Of a DNA stretch of 64,000 nucleotides, positions 22,181-31,927 are shown in pieces (the first letter of the stretch is position 1; each line of letters begins with the position of its first letter). The notes under the pieces were generated by a model. The model had not been told where the DNA came from. It searched no databases and saw nothing but the letters and a program-made list of their open reading frames with translations. This DNA comes from Neorhizobium sp. UBA7851 (GTDB lineage Bacteria > Pseudomonadota > Alphaproteobacteria > Rhizobiales > Rhizobiaceae). Both the position numbers and the translations under genes were made by a program. Location: positions 16,859 to 80,858 of the forward strand of contig DLSX01000130.1 of the NCBI GenBank assembly GCA_002500765.1. Direction: 5' to 3'.

Positions 22181-22369
22181 ATCGGGGCAGTTTGCGCCCC
22201 AGTTCGAGCCAAGCTGCCTGCAAAGCGCCGAAGCGGTACACTTTCCGGTATCGCTTTCGGCAGGTTTAGCGGCGCTCCAATTTACCGAACATTAGGTCGA
22301 GCGCATATTTCGCCGCCTCGCAGCCTGAAGAAGCATATGACGTGCTTTGCTGCGATGGGAGGGGAAATC

Positions 22370-23971
22370 ATGACAGATGTAGCGATGCATGGGCATGGCG
22401 TGCGCGGCATGAGGCCGGAAACGCTGCATTCCTTTGACGGCATAGGTGATCCCGGCAAATTCGGGGTGATGTTTCCAAATCTTCTGCCGCTTTCGGCGAG
22501 CGACGACGCGCTGGCGGAGCTGGCGGCGGCGATGCTGGACAAGCTCGACGCGGCGGGCAATCCCGAGCCCGCCGGCGACAACATGAACGTCCCGGCCGGC
22601 TATACCTATCTCGGCCAGTTCATCGACCACGACATCACGCTCGACACCACGCCACTCGACCAGCAGAAGGCCGATCCGATGGCGACGGTCAATTTCCGCA
22701 CGCCGGCGCTCGATCTCGATTCCGTCTATGGCGATGGGCCGGGTATCCATCCCTATCTCTACCAGCGTGACCCCGCGAAGCCGAAGATCCTCGGCAAGAT
22801 GCTGATCGGTCATGCGGCCGAGTCGGGCGAGCAAAACGGCCGCACCATCCCAACGCTGCCGAATGACCTGCCGCGCAACCAGGTCGGACATGCGCTGATC
22901 TTCGACGAGCGCAATGACGAAAACCTGCTCGTGGCGCAGATGCATCTCCTGATGCTGAAGTTCCACAACAAGGTATTCGACAAGGTGGCCGCCGAACAGC
23001 CGGGGTTGAGCGACGATGCCAAATTTAAGGAAGCCCGGCGCATCGTCACCTGGCATTATCAATGGATCGTGCTGTTCGATTTCGTCGAACGGCTGACCGA
23101 ACCGGGGCTGATCCAGAAGATCAAGCATCAGGGCCGGCGGTTCTATCGCTTCAAGCAACGGCCCTACATGCCGGCGGAATTCGCCGCTGCTTGTTACCGG
23201 CTCGGGCATTCGATGGTGCGGCAGACCTATAGCCATAACCAGGTGTTCAATCCGACGGCGGATTCGATCGCCAACGGCACGCTCGGTCTGCTGTTTTTCT
23301 TCACCGGAAAATCCGGCTCGATCACCGGGGAGCTTGCACCGGTGCCGCCGGCACCTCCGCCATCCGCGCAGAACACGCTACCGTCCAACTGGGTTATCGA
23401 CTGGCGGCGCTATTTCGACCTCGGCACGCCACCTGGCGGCAATTTCGCGCTGAACCACAGCCGCCGTATCGATCCGCTGCTGACGCCGGCGCTGCATACC
23501 CTGCCCGGAGCAGATGGCGTTCCCGCGCCTGCCGTGCGAGAATTCAATCTTGCCTTCCGCAACCTCAGACGTGGGGTACAGATCGGCCTTCCTTCAGGCC
23601 AGGCGGTCTGTCGGGCGATGGGCCTCACACCACTTAAACCCACGCAGATAGCCACCGGACCGGACGGTAAGGCCGCCAAGAAACACGGCCTACATGAAGA
23701 AACACCGCTCTGGTATTACGCGCTGAAAGAGGCCGAACATTACCACAAGGGCGAGCGCCTAGGCCCGATGGCCTCGACGATCGTCGCCGAGACTTTCCTC
23801 GGCATGGTGCATGGCGACCACGATTCCTTCCTCTGGCGGCAATCGGACTGGAAGCCGGAATTGCCAAGCGCAAAGGCCGGGCATTTCACCATGGCGGATC
23901 TCATCCGCTTCGTCGGTGACATCAATCCCGTCGGCACCGCCCTGGAGCAGGCATTGGAGCCACAGCCTTAA
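22370..23971 (+). CDS. Peroxidase-cyclooxygenase superfamily (animal-type) heme peroxidase
   Basis: Motifs GQFIDHDI, LDLDSVYG, DERNDEN, WHYQW, YRLGHSMV and TPLWYY. GGGAGG RBS. Confidence 0.85.
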   Translation: MTDVAMHGHGVRGMRPETLHSFDGIGDPGKFGVMFPNLLPLSASDDALAELAAAMLDKLDAAGNPEPAGDNMNVPAGYTYLGQFIDHDITLDTTPLDQQKADPMATVNFRTPALDLDSVYGDGPGIHPYLYQRDPAKPKILGKMLIGHAAESGEQNGRTIPTLPNDLPRNQVGHALIFDERNDENLLVAQMHLLMLKFHNKVFDKVAAEQPGLSDDAKFKEARRIVTWHYQWIVLFDFVERLTEPGLIQKIKHQGRRFYRFKQRPYMPAEFAAACYRLGHSMVRQTYSHNQVFNPTADSIANGTLGLLFFFTGKSGSITGELAPVPPAPPPSAQNTLPSNWVIDWRRYFDLGTPPGGNFALNHSRRIDPLLTPALHTLPGADGVPAPAVREFNLAFRNLRRGVQIGLPSGQAVCRAMGLTPLKPTQIATGPDGKAAKKHGLHEETPLWYYALKEAEHYHKGERLGPMASTIVAETFLGMVHGDHDSFLWRQSDWKPELPSAKAGHFTMADLIRFVGDINPVGTALEQALEPQP

Positions 23972-23997
23972 AACAAAGTCTGCCCGCCCGAGCAGAC

Positions 23998-24039
23998 CGG
24001 CCTGCCGGTGCTGACGATCTTGTCCGCATCGGCAGGCCG
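23998..24039. terminator. Long hairpin between convergent genes
   Basis: cggcctgccggtgc...gcatcggcaggccg inverted repeat. Confidence 0.5.
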
Positions 24040-24054
24040 ATGTCACCTTGAAGC

Positions 24055-24810
24055 TCAACGCCGCATGAAAGCCTCGAAGGCCGCGCGCGCCTCGGCACTT
24101 TTCAGCCGAGCGGAAAAATGGACGAGCTCCTCATCGATGCGCGCGAGAACCTCGTCGCGCGGGCCACGGACGAGATCGCGGGCGATCTGCAGCGCCTGAG
24201 GTGGCTTCTTCGCCAGTTCGGCGCCAAGCGCCAGCGCTTCCATCTCCACCTCGTTCGGGCCGACGACCTTCCAGATCAATCCGGCATTCAAAGCATAGTC
24301 TGCCGAGAAACCCTCGCCGGCCGCCAGAAGCGCGAAAGCACGCTGATGGCCAATGACGCGAGGAGCGAGCAGGCTGGATCCCGCCTCGGGCACCAGAGCG
24401 AGATCGACGAAAGGTGTCTTGAACACGCTGCGGCCGGAAGCAACCGTCAGGTCACAATGCAGATTGAGCGTCGTGCCGATGCCGATCGCGAGACCGTCGA
24501 CACCGGAAATGAGCGGCTTTTGTGACAGAGCCAGCGCCTTGATGAAAATCGCTCCGGCTGGCGGTTCGCTGGAACCGGACATCGCGTAGCCGATAAAATC
24601 CCCCATGTCGTTGCCGGCGGAAAAGCAGCCCTCGGTGCCGAGAAATACGACAGCCTTCACCTCGTCATCGGCATTTGCCTCTTCGAGTGCCGACGTCATG
24701 CGCTGATACATGGCGGCGGTGATGGCGTTCTTCTTTTCCGGCCGGTTGAAACGGATGATCAGAACGCCGGGATGGGCGGCGGTGCGTTCGACAATGATAT
24801 GCTCGGTCAA
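24055..24810 (-). CDS. Enoyl-CoA hydratase/isomerase
   Basis: Motifs NRPEKKNA, FSAGND and PEAGSS. Confidence 0.9.
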   Translation of the reverse strand: MTEHIIVERTAAHPGVLIIRFNRPEKKNAITAAMYQRMTSALEEANADDEVKAVVFLGTEGCFSAGNDMGDFIGYAMSGSSEPPAGAIFIKALALSQKPLISGVDGLAIGIGTTLNLHCDLTVASGRSVFKTPFVDLALVPEAGSSLLAPRVIGHQRAFALLAAGEGFSADYALNAGLIWKVVGPNEVEMEALALGAELAKKPPQALQIARDLVRGPRDEVLARIDEELVHFSARLKSAEARAAFEAFMRR

Positions 24811-24820
24811 AATGTCTTCC

Positions 24821-26638
24821 TCAATCCAGAAGGCTACGGGCCGCAGCGAGGCTCTCGGAGCCGGCGATGACGCGATCCTTCAGGGCCGAGGTTTCCGCCA
24901 GAAGGTTTTCCGCCATGAAGCGGCAGAGGTTTACGCGACCATTGCCTTCGCCATTGTCCGCGGCAACCAACCCGGCCTTGGCCAGATAAACACCGGTCAG
25001 AACAAGTCCGAACAGACGCTGATAGGGTGTCGCTCCTGCCAGGGCATCGGTCACGCGGCCATCCGCCTGTGCCTGCAGCAGCCAGGCGGTTGCAGCTTCC
25101 AGAGCGGCAATCGCGGCACGTAGCCGGTCGCCGGTCTCTCCGAATGCCGAATCGTTGCGGGCGGCAACGTCTTCGGCAACCTGCTTCAACTCAGCGAGGA
25201 ACCCCTTCACCTGATCGCCACCTGAGAGCGGTAGTTTACGAGTGACGAGATCGATGGCCTGGATGCCGTTGGTGCCTTCATAGATCGGGGCGATACGGGC
25301 ATCGCGCAGATAGCGCGCGGCACCGGTCTCCTCGATGAAACCCATACCGCCATGGACCTGAATGCCGAGCGAGGCGACATCCACGCCGATATCGGTGGAA
25401 AAGGATTTGGCGATCGGGGTCAGCAGCGCTGCCCGCTCGGCCCAATGCTGCGCCTCTTCGCCTTCATAATGGTGGGACATGTCGGTCGCATGGGCGCAGG
25501 CGTAACAGATCGCGCGCGCGCCTTGGGTCAACGACTTCATGGTAAGCAGCATCTGGGCGACATCCGGATGCTGGATGATCGGGCTCATTCCTCCGTTTTG
25601 GCCCCCGTTCTGCGTCCCATTCTGGCCATTCGCCTTCCAGCCAAGCGCCTTGCCCTGCGTCCGCTCCCTGGCGAAGGCAATCGCCTTCTGGGTGGCTGCC
25701 TCAGCGATCGCAACGCCCTGAATGCCGACCGCAAGGCGCGCGTTGTTCATCATCGTGAACATGCAGGCGAGGCCCTTGTTCTCCTCACCAACGAGATAAC
25801 CGACAGCGCCCCACTCCTCGCCGAACCGGCCATCACCGAAGATCATCGTGCAGGTAGGCGAACCGTGAATGCCGAGCTTGTGCTCTATCGAGTGGCAGAG
25901 AACATCGTTACGCTCGCCAAGCGAACCATCCTCGTTCACCAGGAATTTCGGCACCAGGAAAAGCGAGATACCGCGCGTGCCGGCCGGCGCATCGGCTAAG
26001 CGGGCGAGGACGAGATGAATGATATTGTCGGCGGCATCATGTTCGCCCCAGGTGATGAAGATCTTTTGGCCGAAGATGCGATAGGTACCGTCTTCGCGCG
26101 GTTCGGCTCGGGTTTTCAGGACGCCGAGATCAGAACCGGCATGCGGTTCGGTCAGGTTCATCGTGCCTGTCCATTCGCCGGATACCATCTTTTCCAGATA
26201 GGTTTCTTTCAGCGTATCCGAACCATGAGCCGTGAGCGCCTCGATCGCGCCCATCGTCAGCGTCGGAGCCAATGCGAAAGCCATCGAGGCGGAATTCCAC
26301 ATTTCGAGCGCTGCGACATTGAGCATATGCGGCAGGTTCTGGCCGCCATAGGCTTCCGGCGCTGTCAGGCCATTCCAGCCGCCTTCGCGCCAGCGGCGAT
26401 AGAGGTCGGGCCAGCCTTTCGGCGTCTTCACCTCGCCATCGTCGAGTTTCGCGCCTTCGCGATCGCCCTTCTCGCCCAGCGGTGCGATTTCGCCGGAGGC
26501 AAAACGCCCGGCCTCTTCGAGGATCGCTGCCACCAGATCAGCGCTGAGGTCGCCGAAGCGCCCCTCCTCCAGGGCAGTGGAAAGACCGGCAACGTGGTTC
26601 AGTGTGAAGGCAATTTCCTCCACCGGGGCGCTGTACAT
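24821..26638 (-). CDS. Acyl-CoA dehydrogenase
   Basis: Motifs MNLTEPHAGSD, GQKIFIT, QVHGGMG and IYEGTNGIQ. Confidence 0.93.
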   Translation of the reverse strand: MYSAPVEEIAFTLNHVAGLSTALEEGRFGDLSADLVAAILEEAGRFASGEIAPLGEKGDREGAKLDDGEVKTPKGWPDLYRRWREGGWNGLTAPEAYGGQNLPHMLNVAALEMWNSASMAFALAPTLTMGAIEALTAHGSDTLKETYLEKMVSGEWTGTMNLTEPHAGSDLGVLKTRAEPREDGTYRIFGQKIFITWGEHDAADNIIHLVLARLADAPAGTRGISLFLVPKFLVNEDGSLGERNDVLCHSIEHKLGIHGSPTCTMIFGDGRFGEEWGAVGYLVGEENKGLACMFTMMNNARLAVGIQGVAIAEAATQKAIAFARERTQGKALGWKANGQNGTQNGGQNGGMSPIIQHPDVAQMLLTMKSLTQGARAICYACAHATDMSHHYEGEEAQHWAERAALLTPIAKSFSTDIGVDVASLGIQVHGGMGFIEETGAARYLRDARIAPIYEGTNGIQAIDLVTRKLPLSGGDQVKGFLAELKQVAEDVAARNDSAFGETGDRLRAAIAALEAATAWLLQAQADGRVTDALAGATPYQRLFGLVLTGVYLAKAGLVAADNGEGNGRVNLCRFMAENLLAETSALKDRVIAGSESLAAARSLLD

Positions 26639-26691
26639 GTGATCCTCCTCATCAGCCGTGCAGCCTTGCCTTTCCAGACAAGCGATTACCT

Positions 26692-26707
26692 TTTACGTAA
26701 ACGTAAT
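26692..26707. promoter_or_regulatory. LiuR (MerR family) operator
   Basis: TTTACGT-AA-ACGTAAT matches the recalled LiuR consensus TTTACGTwwACGTAAA. Lies upstream of the acyl-CoA dehydrogenase. Confidence 0.7.
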
Positions 26708-26853
26708 TAAGATTGTCAATCGGAAGGTTGTCCCATCATGAAGCAGTCGCGCATGAGGGGAAAGCGAAATGATAAAGCGCGGGCTGTCAGGCGCGCTAAA
26801 GATTCTTTCGCGAGTTTAATCTAGAAGGTCTTCAGGATTCCGGAGTTCTGCCG

Positions 26854-27858
26854 ATGGACACACCACCGCTGATGACGCCTGCCATTCCCGGCCTTGTCTG
26901 GGCCTATCGTTTCGATGCGCCGACACGCTCCTGCTCACGGCTTCCGCTCGAAACGACGGCCAGGGAACTCGATGTCGAAGATAGTTTTCTTTGGCTGCAT
27001 CTGAACCTTGCCGACAGCCGGGTGCCGGCCTTTCTCGAAACCCTGCCCGGCGTGACACCGCCGGCACTTGCGGCGCTGACGACACGCGATACCCATGCCG
27101 CGATCATTCTCGACGAACAGCTGATCTATGGTACGCTGATCGACTTCCAGAAGGAGTTCGACAGCGAGACGCGCGATATCGGCTGGCTGCATTTCTTCGT
27201 CTCCGACCGCATCATCATCACCACGAGACTGCAGCCGCTGCGCTCCATCGACCGGCTTAAGGCCCAGATGGAGAAAAATGCGGCCCGCTACAAACGGCCG
27301 ATAGACGTGTTCGAGACCTTGGTGGCGGAATTCCAGCGGACGCTGATCACCCTCGTGATGGAATTGACGGAAGAACTGAACCTGATCGAGGACTTTGTCT
27401 ACGACAACGCACCGCGTGACGAACGCCGCAAGCTTGCACCCGTACGGCGCACAGTGGTGCGGCTTCACCGGCATTTGAGAACCGTGCTGACCCTGATGCG
27501 GCGCGCCGCGGCTTCCGACGAGGACGAGATGCCGGATGGCTTCGATGATGCGGCCGCCCGCCTGATCAGCCGTCTGGAAGCCGTCGATCACGACGTCTAT
27601 GCGCTGCAGGAACGGGCGCGGCTGCTACACGAAGAAATCGATTCCAAGCTTTCTTCGGAAACCAACCGCCACCTCTACATCCTGTCGCTGATGACGGCTT
27701 TCCTCTTGCCTCCCTCTCTCGTCACCGGCTTTTTCGGGATGAACACGGAAGGTCTGCCGTTCGCGCATCTGGAACACGGCACACTGTTCGCTTTCGGCGC
27801 GATCGGGCTTTCGGTGGCTGCCGCCTGGTGGCTGCTAAGACGCGTCGGCATCCTGTAA
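26854..27858 (+). CDS. CorA/ZntB family divalent cation transporter
   Basis: WLHL motif, two C-terminal TM helices and GFFGMN. Confidence 0.88.
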   Translation: MDTPPLMTPAIPGLVWAYRFDAPTRSCSRLPLETTARELDVEDSFLWLHLNLADSRVPAFLETLPGVTPPALAALTTRDTHAAIILDEQLIYGTLIDFQKEFDSETRDIGWLHFFVSDRIIITTRLQPLRSIDRLKAQMEKNAARYKRPIDVFETLVAEFQRTLITLVMELTEELNLIEDFVYDNAPRDERRKLAPVRRTVVRLHRHLRTVLTLMRRAAASDEDEMPDGFDDAAARLISRLEAVDHDVYALQERARLLHEEIDSKLSSETNRHLYILSLMTAFLLPPSLVTGFFGMNTEGLPFAHLEHGTLFAFGAIGLSVAAAWWLLRRVGIL

Positions 27859-27863
27859 CGGAT

Positions 27864-27892
27864 AAAAAAAAGCCCGCACCGAAGCGCGGGCT
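27864..27892 (-). terminator. Rho-independent terminator for the first BA14K gene
   Basis: agcccgc...gcgggct stem with an 8-A run (U-tract on the minus strand). Confidence 0.7.
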
Positions 27893-27919
27893 GATCCTCT
27901 CCTGCACTGGCCGCCCCAC

Positions 27920-28393
27920 TCAATAGTAGGGCGAATAACAGGTCTGACGCGGGCCGTTATACGGCTGGAACGAATTCGAATAGGTGTCATAGGAGCGGTA
28001 ACGGCCCGAGCACCATTCATAGTGACGCGGGTTCAAGCCACCGCCACCGCCGTAAGCGGGCCTGGGTGCCGGCTCGACATAACGCGGCTGCGAGGCGATC
28101 GCACCGCCGATGAGGGCTCCGGCGCCAAACGCCGCCAGCGGATACCAATAACCATCGCTATGACGACGATAGCCATCGCGCTGATAACGGTAACCGCGAT
28201 GACCGCCGTACCAACCGCGACGTGGGCCGTCCCCGCGCCAGCCGCGGTCGCGATAATACTGCACATTGCTGACATCCGACACGACCGGCGCGTTTGGTGC
28301 AGCCGGCAACGGAAGCGCCTGCGCGGTTCCGAGCGAACCGGCGAGCACGATCACCGAAACGGCTGCGACAGCAAGTTTCTTGAACAGAGGCAT
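27920..28393 (-). CDS. BA14K family secreted lectin-like protein
   Basis: Signal peptide, R/G/Y-rich linker and HYEWCSGRYRSYD...FQPYNGPRQTCYSPY. Confidence 0.9.
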   Translation of the reverse strand: MPLFKKLAVAAVSVIVLAGSLGTAQALPLPAAPNAPVVSDVSNVQYYRDRGWRGDGPRRGWYGGHRGYRYQRDGYRRHSDGYWYPLAAFGAGALIGGAIASQPRYVEPAPRPAYGGGGGLNPRHYEWCSGRYRSYDTYSNSFQPYNGPRQTCYSPYY

Positions 28394-28524
28394 TTCGAAT
28401 TCTCCATCCCGCAATTTACAGATTGATGAAGACGCCTCCCGCGTCTCCAACTCATACGATAGTCCCGGATCATTCCACAACGCTAGGATTTTTATCCTGA
28501 ATGGATAATTCGCGCGGAAATGTG

Positions 28525-28554
28525 AAAGCCCGGCCGCAGCAGCGTCCGGGCTTT
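28525..28554. terminator. Hairpin terminator between the BA14K genes
   Basis: aaagcccgg...ccgggcttt. Confidence 0.6.
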
Positions 28555-28571
28555 GTCGTCATGGGATGCGC

Positions 28572-29027
28572 TTACCTGTAGGGCGAAACGCAGGTAGCGC
28601 GGACACCGGCTCTTGGAACATAGGTGTTGTCCGAAGCGCGATAGGTGCGGTAGCGGTTGGCGCACCACTGGTAATGGCTGCTGCCGGAAGCACGCGGCTG
28701 GTTGGTGATTGCGCCGCCGATGATCGCACCGGTAGCGAATGCGGCGAGCGGGAACCAGTAGCCGTTATGGTAACGGTAGCCGCTGCGGCGCTCGCGATAA
28801 CCGCGATGGCCATTGTAATATCCCTGGCGGTAGGCGCGACGCTCATGACGGTAATAGCGGCGATCACGATCGCGACGGTATTGGACCTCGGTCGCCTGAT
28901 TGGCGGAGGTCTGCACCGCCATCGGTGCGGCCGGCATTACGGGTGCGGCGGAAACGGGAATAAAACTCGTGGCAAAAACGGCCGCTGCCGTGAAGACCGT
29001 GGCAATGCGCATGCGGAATGCGATCAT
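28572..29027 (-). CDS. BA14K family protein (paralog)
   Basis: WFPLAAF and [19 protein letters not shown]...CVSPY. Confidence 0.9.
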   Translation of the reverse strand: MIAFRMRIATVFTAAAVFATSFIPVSAAPVMPAAPMAVQTSANQATEVQYRRDRDRRYYRHERRAYRQGYYNGHRGYRERRSGYRYHNGYWFPLAAFATGAIIGGAITNQPRASGSSHYQWCANRYRTYRASDNTYVPRAGVRATCVSPYR

Positions 29028-29063
29028 GGGAATGTTTCCTCAACATATAATTCAGCGATCGAT

Positions 29064-29089
29064 AACGCGAGACATGCCGATTTTGTTCC
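29064..29089 (-). promoter_or_regulatory. EcfG/RpoE2-type promoter of the BA14K paralog
   Basis: GGAAC-N17-CGTT on the minus strand, 36 nt upstream of the ATG. Confidence 0.65.
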
Positions 29090-29120
29090 AGGCATAATCC
29101 TGGCAGAGAATGCCGATGTC

Positions 29121-29489
29121 CTATTCGCCGGCTTCGTCGTAAACGCGCCGGTTTTCCTCAATGCGGGAAAAATTGTCCCTGAGCCAGAAATTCAGTCCCT
29201 GAAGAGAGGCCAATATGCCGGCCCCCAACTCGGTCAGCTCGTATTCGACGCGGGGCGGCACCTCAGGAAAATAGTGTCGCCTAACAAAACCGTCGCGTTC
29301 CAGGCCGCGTAGCGTCAGTGTCAGCATGCGCTGCGTGATACCGTCGATTTCCCGTTTCAGATGAGAGAAGCGGAGCCTTCGACCATCTGCAAGCGAGAGG
29401 CGCCAGATCACCTGAACCGTCCATTTGTCGCCCAGACGCCCGCATATTCCATTTGCAGGTTGCGGTAGGAAAGCCTGATCGCGCGTCAC
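29121..29489 (-). CDS. HxlR family transcriptional regulator (start uncertain)
   Basis: Motifs LGDKWT, GITQRMLTLTLRGLERDG and PPRVEYELT. Confidence 0.88.
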   Translation of the reverse strand: MTRDQAFLPQPANGICGRLGDKWTVQVIWRLSLADGRRLRFSHLKREIDGITQRMLTLTLRGLERDGFVRRHYFPEVPPRVEYELTELGAGILASLQGLNFWLRDNFSRIEENRRVYDEAGE

Positions 29490-29624
29490 CTGCCTTTCGG
29501 TTTTGCTCTGACCTGAATTGTCCAAGAGTATCACCCCTGTGCCCGAGGCTGAAAATAGTGCCGTCTTCCGGCTGTGTTTCAACAGTATATATGGAGACCC
29601 CGTGTTCACCACGAGGGTTCTCAG

Positions 29625-30524
29625 ATGAAAGAAAACAAACGTCCTATCCTGGTATTCGGTGCCACCGGCCGACAGGGCGGATCGGTCGCCGATGCGCTTT
29701 TGAAGTCAGGCTGGACCGTTCGCACGATTGTGCGAGATACTGCTGCCCCCAGATCCATCGCCCTTCGTCAGGCAGGCGCCGAATTGGTGCGGGGATCGTT
29801 TGCAGATGTCGATGCGATTCGCGCCGAGATGAACGACGCCCATGGCGTATTCAGCGTATTGCCCGCAAACCTGTCAGAGATCGAAGAGATAAGGATAGGC
29901 TGCACGATCGCCGATCTTGCCGCCGAAAGCGGCGTCGCGCATCTCGTCTATTCCTCCGGCGCCAGTTCCGGAGACTTACCGACCGGCATTGCCCGCTTCG
30001 ACGCCAAGCCGCGGATCGAGGCACATATCCGCGGGCTACCGGTCACGGCAACAATCATCAGGCCGATGATCTTCATGGATATGCTGATCAACCCGGCATT
30101 CGGACTTTCGGAAGGCCGCTACACGTTCCTCCTCAGACCGGACCAGTCGATGCAACTGATCGCCGTGGAAGATATCGGGAAGTTCGTCGCCGCGATCTTT
30201 GCTGATGGAATACGGTTCGGCGGACGGACGATGAAGATCGCGAGCGATACGGTCACAGGTCGTGAGCTGGGGGAAACCTTCAGTAAAGCTGCCGGGCGTC
30301 CGATCGCCTATTCCCGTTTTACGGATGAAGTCCTTGCCGCCAATAGCGATCTTGGTCAGCTTGCGGCGATCCTGAATAACGGCCCGCTGGCCGATCACGT
30401 GGACCTTGCCGCAATGCGAGAGATCAACCCTGAGATCATTCCGTTTCGGTCCTGGCTTGCGACCCAAGGGCGCGAAGCCCTCGACACGGTAATCGGGGAT
30501 GAGCGCGCGCGCCGGTCAGCATAA
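29625..30524 (+). CDS. NmrA/HSCARG family NAD(P)-binding protein
   Basis: GATGRQGG motif. Divergent from hxlR. Confidence 0.88.
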   Translation: MKENKRPILVFGATGRQGGSVADALLKSGWTVRTIVRDTAAPRSIALRQAGAELVRGSFADVDAIRAEMNDAHGVFSVLPANLSEIEEIRIGCTIADLAAESGVAHLVYSSGASSGDLPTGIARFDAKPRIEAHIRGLPVTATIIRPMIFMDMLINPAFGLSEGRYTFLLRPDQSMQLIAVEDIGKFVAAIFADGIRFGGRTMKIASDTVTGRELGETFSKAAGRPIAYSRFTDEVLAANSDLGQLAAILNNGPLADHVDLAAMREINPEIIPFRSWLATQGREALDTVIGDERARRSA

Positions 30525-30578
30525 AAACAGGCTCCTCCGCAAACTGACGGCACATTGCGAAGGAGCGTTTTTTTCGGC

Positions 30579-31823
30579 TCACGCAACCGCATAAAGCGGG
30601 TTTTCCTTGCCCTGGAGGCGATCGACCATGAAGTTCGAGTACCATTCGACGAACTGCATGACACCGCCTTCATGCGCCTCGGAATAGGGCCCCGGCTCAT
30701 AGGCCGGCGAGCGGATGCCGAAGGCATTTTCCTCGACGATCTGGCGGTCCTGATCGTTGGTCATGTTCCAGACATGGGTGAGCTGCTCGACATCGTAATC
30801 TACGCCTTCCACCGCATCCTTGTGGACCAGCCATGTGGTAGTGACCGCCGTCTCTTCCGGCCCGATCGGGATTACCCGGAAGGAGATCGCGTGGTCGACG
30901 AGCATATGGTTCCAGGTGGTCGGGTAATGGAACAACAGCATCGTGCCGATATGGGAGATCTGCACACCGTCGGACAACGAAAGCTGCACGGCACGCCTGC
31001 CATCCATCGTATAGCTTTCTGCCCCCTCGATAAGCGGCATACGGGCGACGCGGTATTGGCCATCGCTCGACAGAGTGAAGGTGCTCGGCAGGCCCGCCGC
31101 CTCGCAACGAAGCCAGTGTTCGGCGATCACAGGATCATCAGCAGCCCCCTGCACACCGCTTGCAGTCGGTGCTTCGGGGTAAGTGCGGCAGAGTTCGGGG
31201 TGATTGCCGGCGCAGTGATAACACTCCCGGTTATTTTCCCAGACGAGCTTCCAGTTGGCCTTCTCGATGATGGTGTTCTGGGCGGCAACCTTTGTTTCGG
31301 GCAGATGGTGCGGCGCCATATAGGGCTCGACGGTGGTGCGAACCGGCGCGAAATCCGGAGCCTCCGTCGCGAGACAGACAAAGATGTAGCCGGCAACGAC
31401 CTGGCAATGGACAGGCTTGAGGCCGAACTGCTTCTTGTCGAAATTCTCGCCCATGTGACGGGCCGACATCAGCGAGCCGTCGTGCTGGTAGGTCCATTGG
31501 TGATAGGGGCAGACGAGACGGGTCGCGGATCCGGTTTCCTTGGTGCAGACGCGGTGGCCGCGATGGCGACAGGTATTGTGATAGGCGCGGATATCGCCTT
31601 CGCGGGTGCGGATGACGAGAACCGGATAATCGCCGATCTGCAACGTGAAATACATGCCCGCCTTGTTGATCTGGCAATCATGGCCGGCGAACAGCCAATC
31701 CCGATACCAGATGATTTCCAGATCGAGCTTGTAATAATCGGGATCGATATAAAAGGGCCGTTCCAGGCTGAAACCTTCGCGGCGGTTCTTCAGCTGCCGC
31801 AGAACCTGATTGTGGATGTCCAT
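30579..31823 (-). CDS. Rieske non-heme iron oxygenase alpha subunit (GbcA/Stc2-like betaine demethylase)
   Basis: Rieske ligands CRHRG and CPYH, mononuclear iron motif NNRECYHC..NH, and TNDQD. Confidence 0.88.
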   Translation of the reverse strand: MDIHNQVLRQLKNRREGFSLERPFYIDPDYYKLDLEIIWYRDWLFAGHDCQINKAGMYFTLQIGDYPVLVIRTREGDIRAYHNTCRHRGHRVCTKETGSATRLVCPYHQWTYQHDGSLMSARHMGENFDKKQFGLKPVHCQVVAGYIFVCLATEAPDFAPVRTTVEPYMAPHHLPETKVAAQNTIIEKANWKLVWENNRECYHCAGNHPELCRTYPEAPTASGVQGAADDPVIAEHWLRCEAAGLPSTFTLSSDGQYRVARMPLIEGAESYTMDGRRAVQLSLSDGVQISHIGTMLLFHYPTTWNHMLVDHAISFRVIPIGPEETAVTTTWLVHKDAVEGVDYDVEQLTHVWNMTNDQDRQIVEENAFGIRSPAYEPGPYSEAHEGGVMQFVEWYSNFMVDRLQGKENPLYAVA

Positions 31824-31927
31824 ATGCTTCCTCGCCATACAAGCAAGCTTCAGGGCATGGACAAGCCGGCGGCAATCAAGGCAGCCAATTCCCGTCCCGT
31901 GCGCCCTCCGCGACCGGTTTTCATCAA

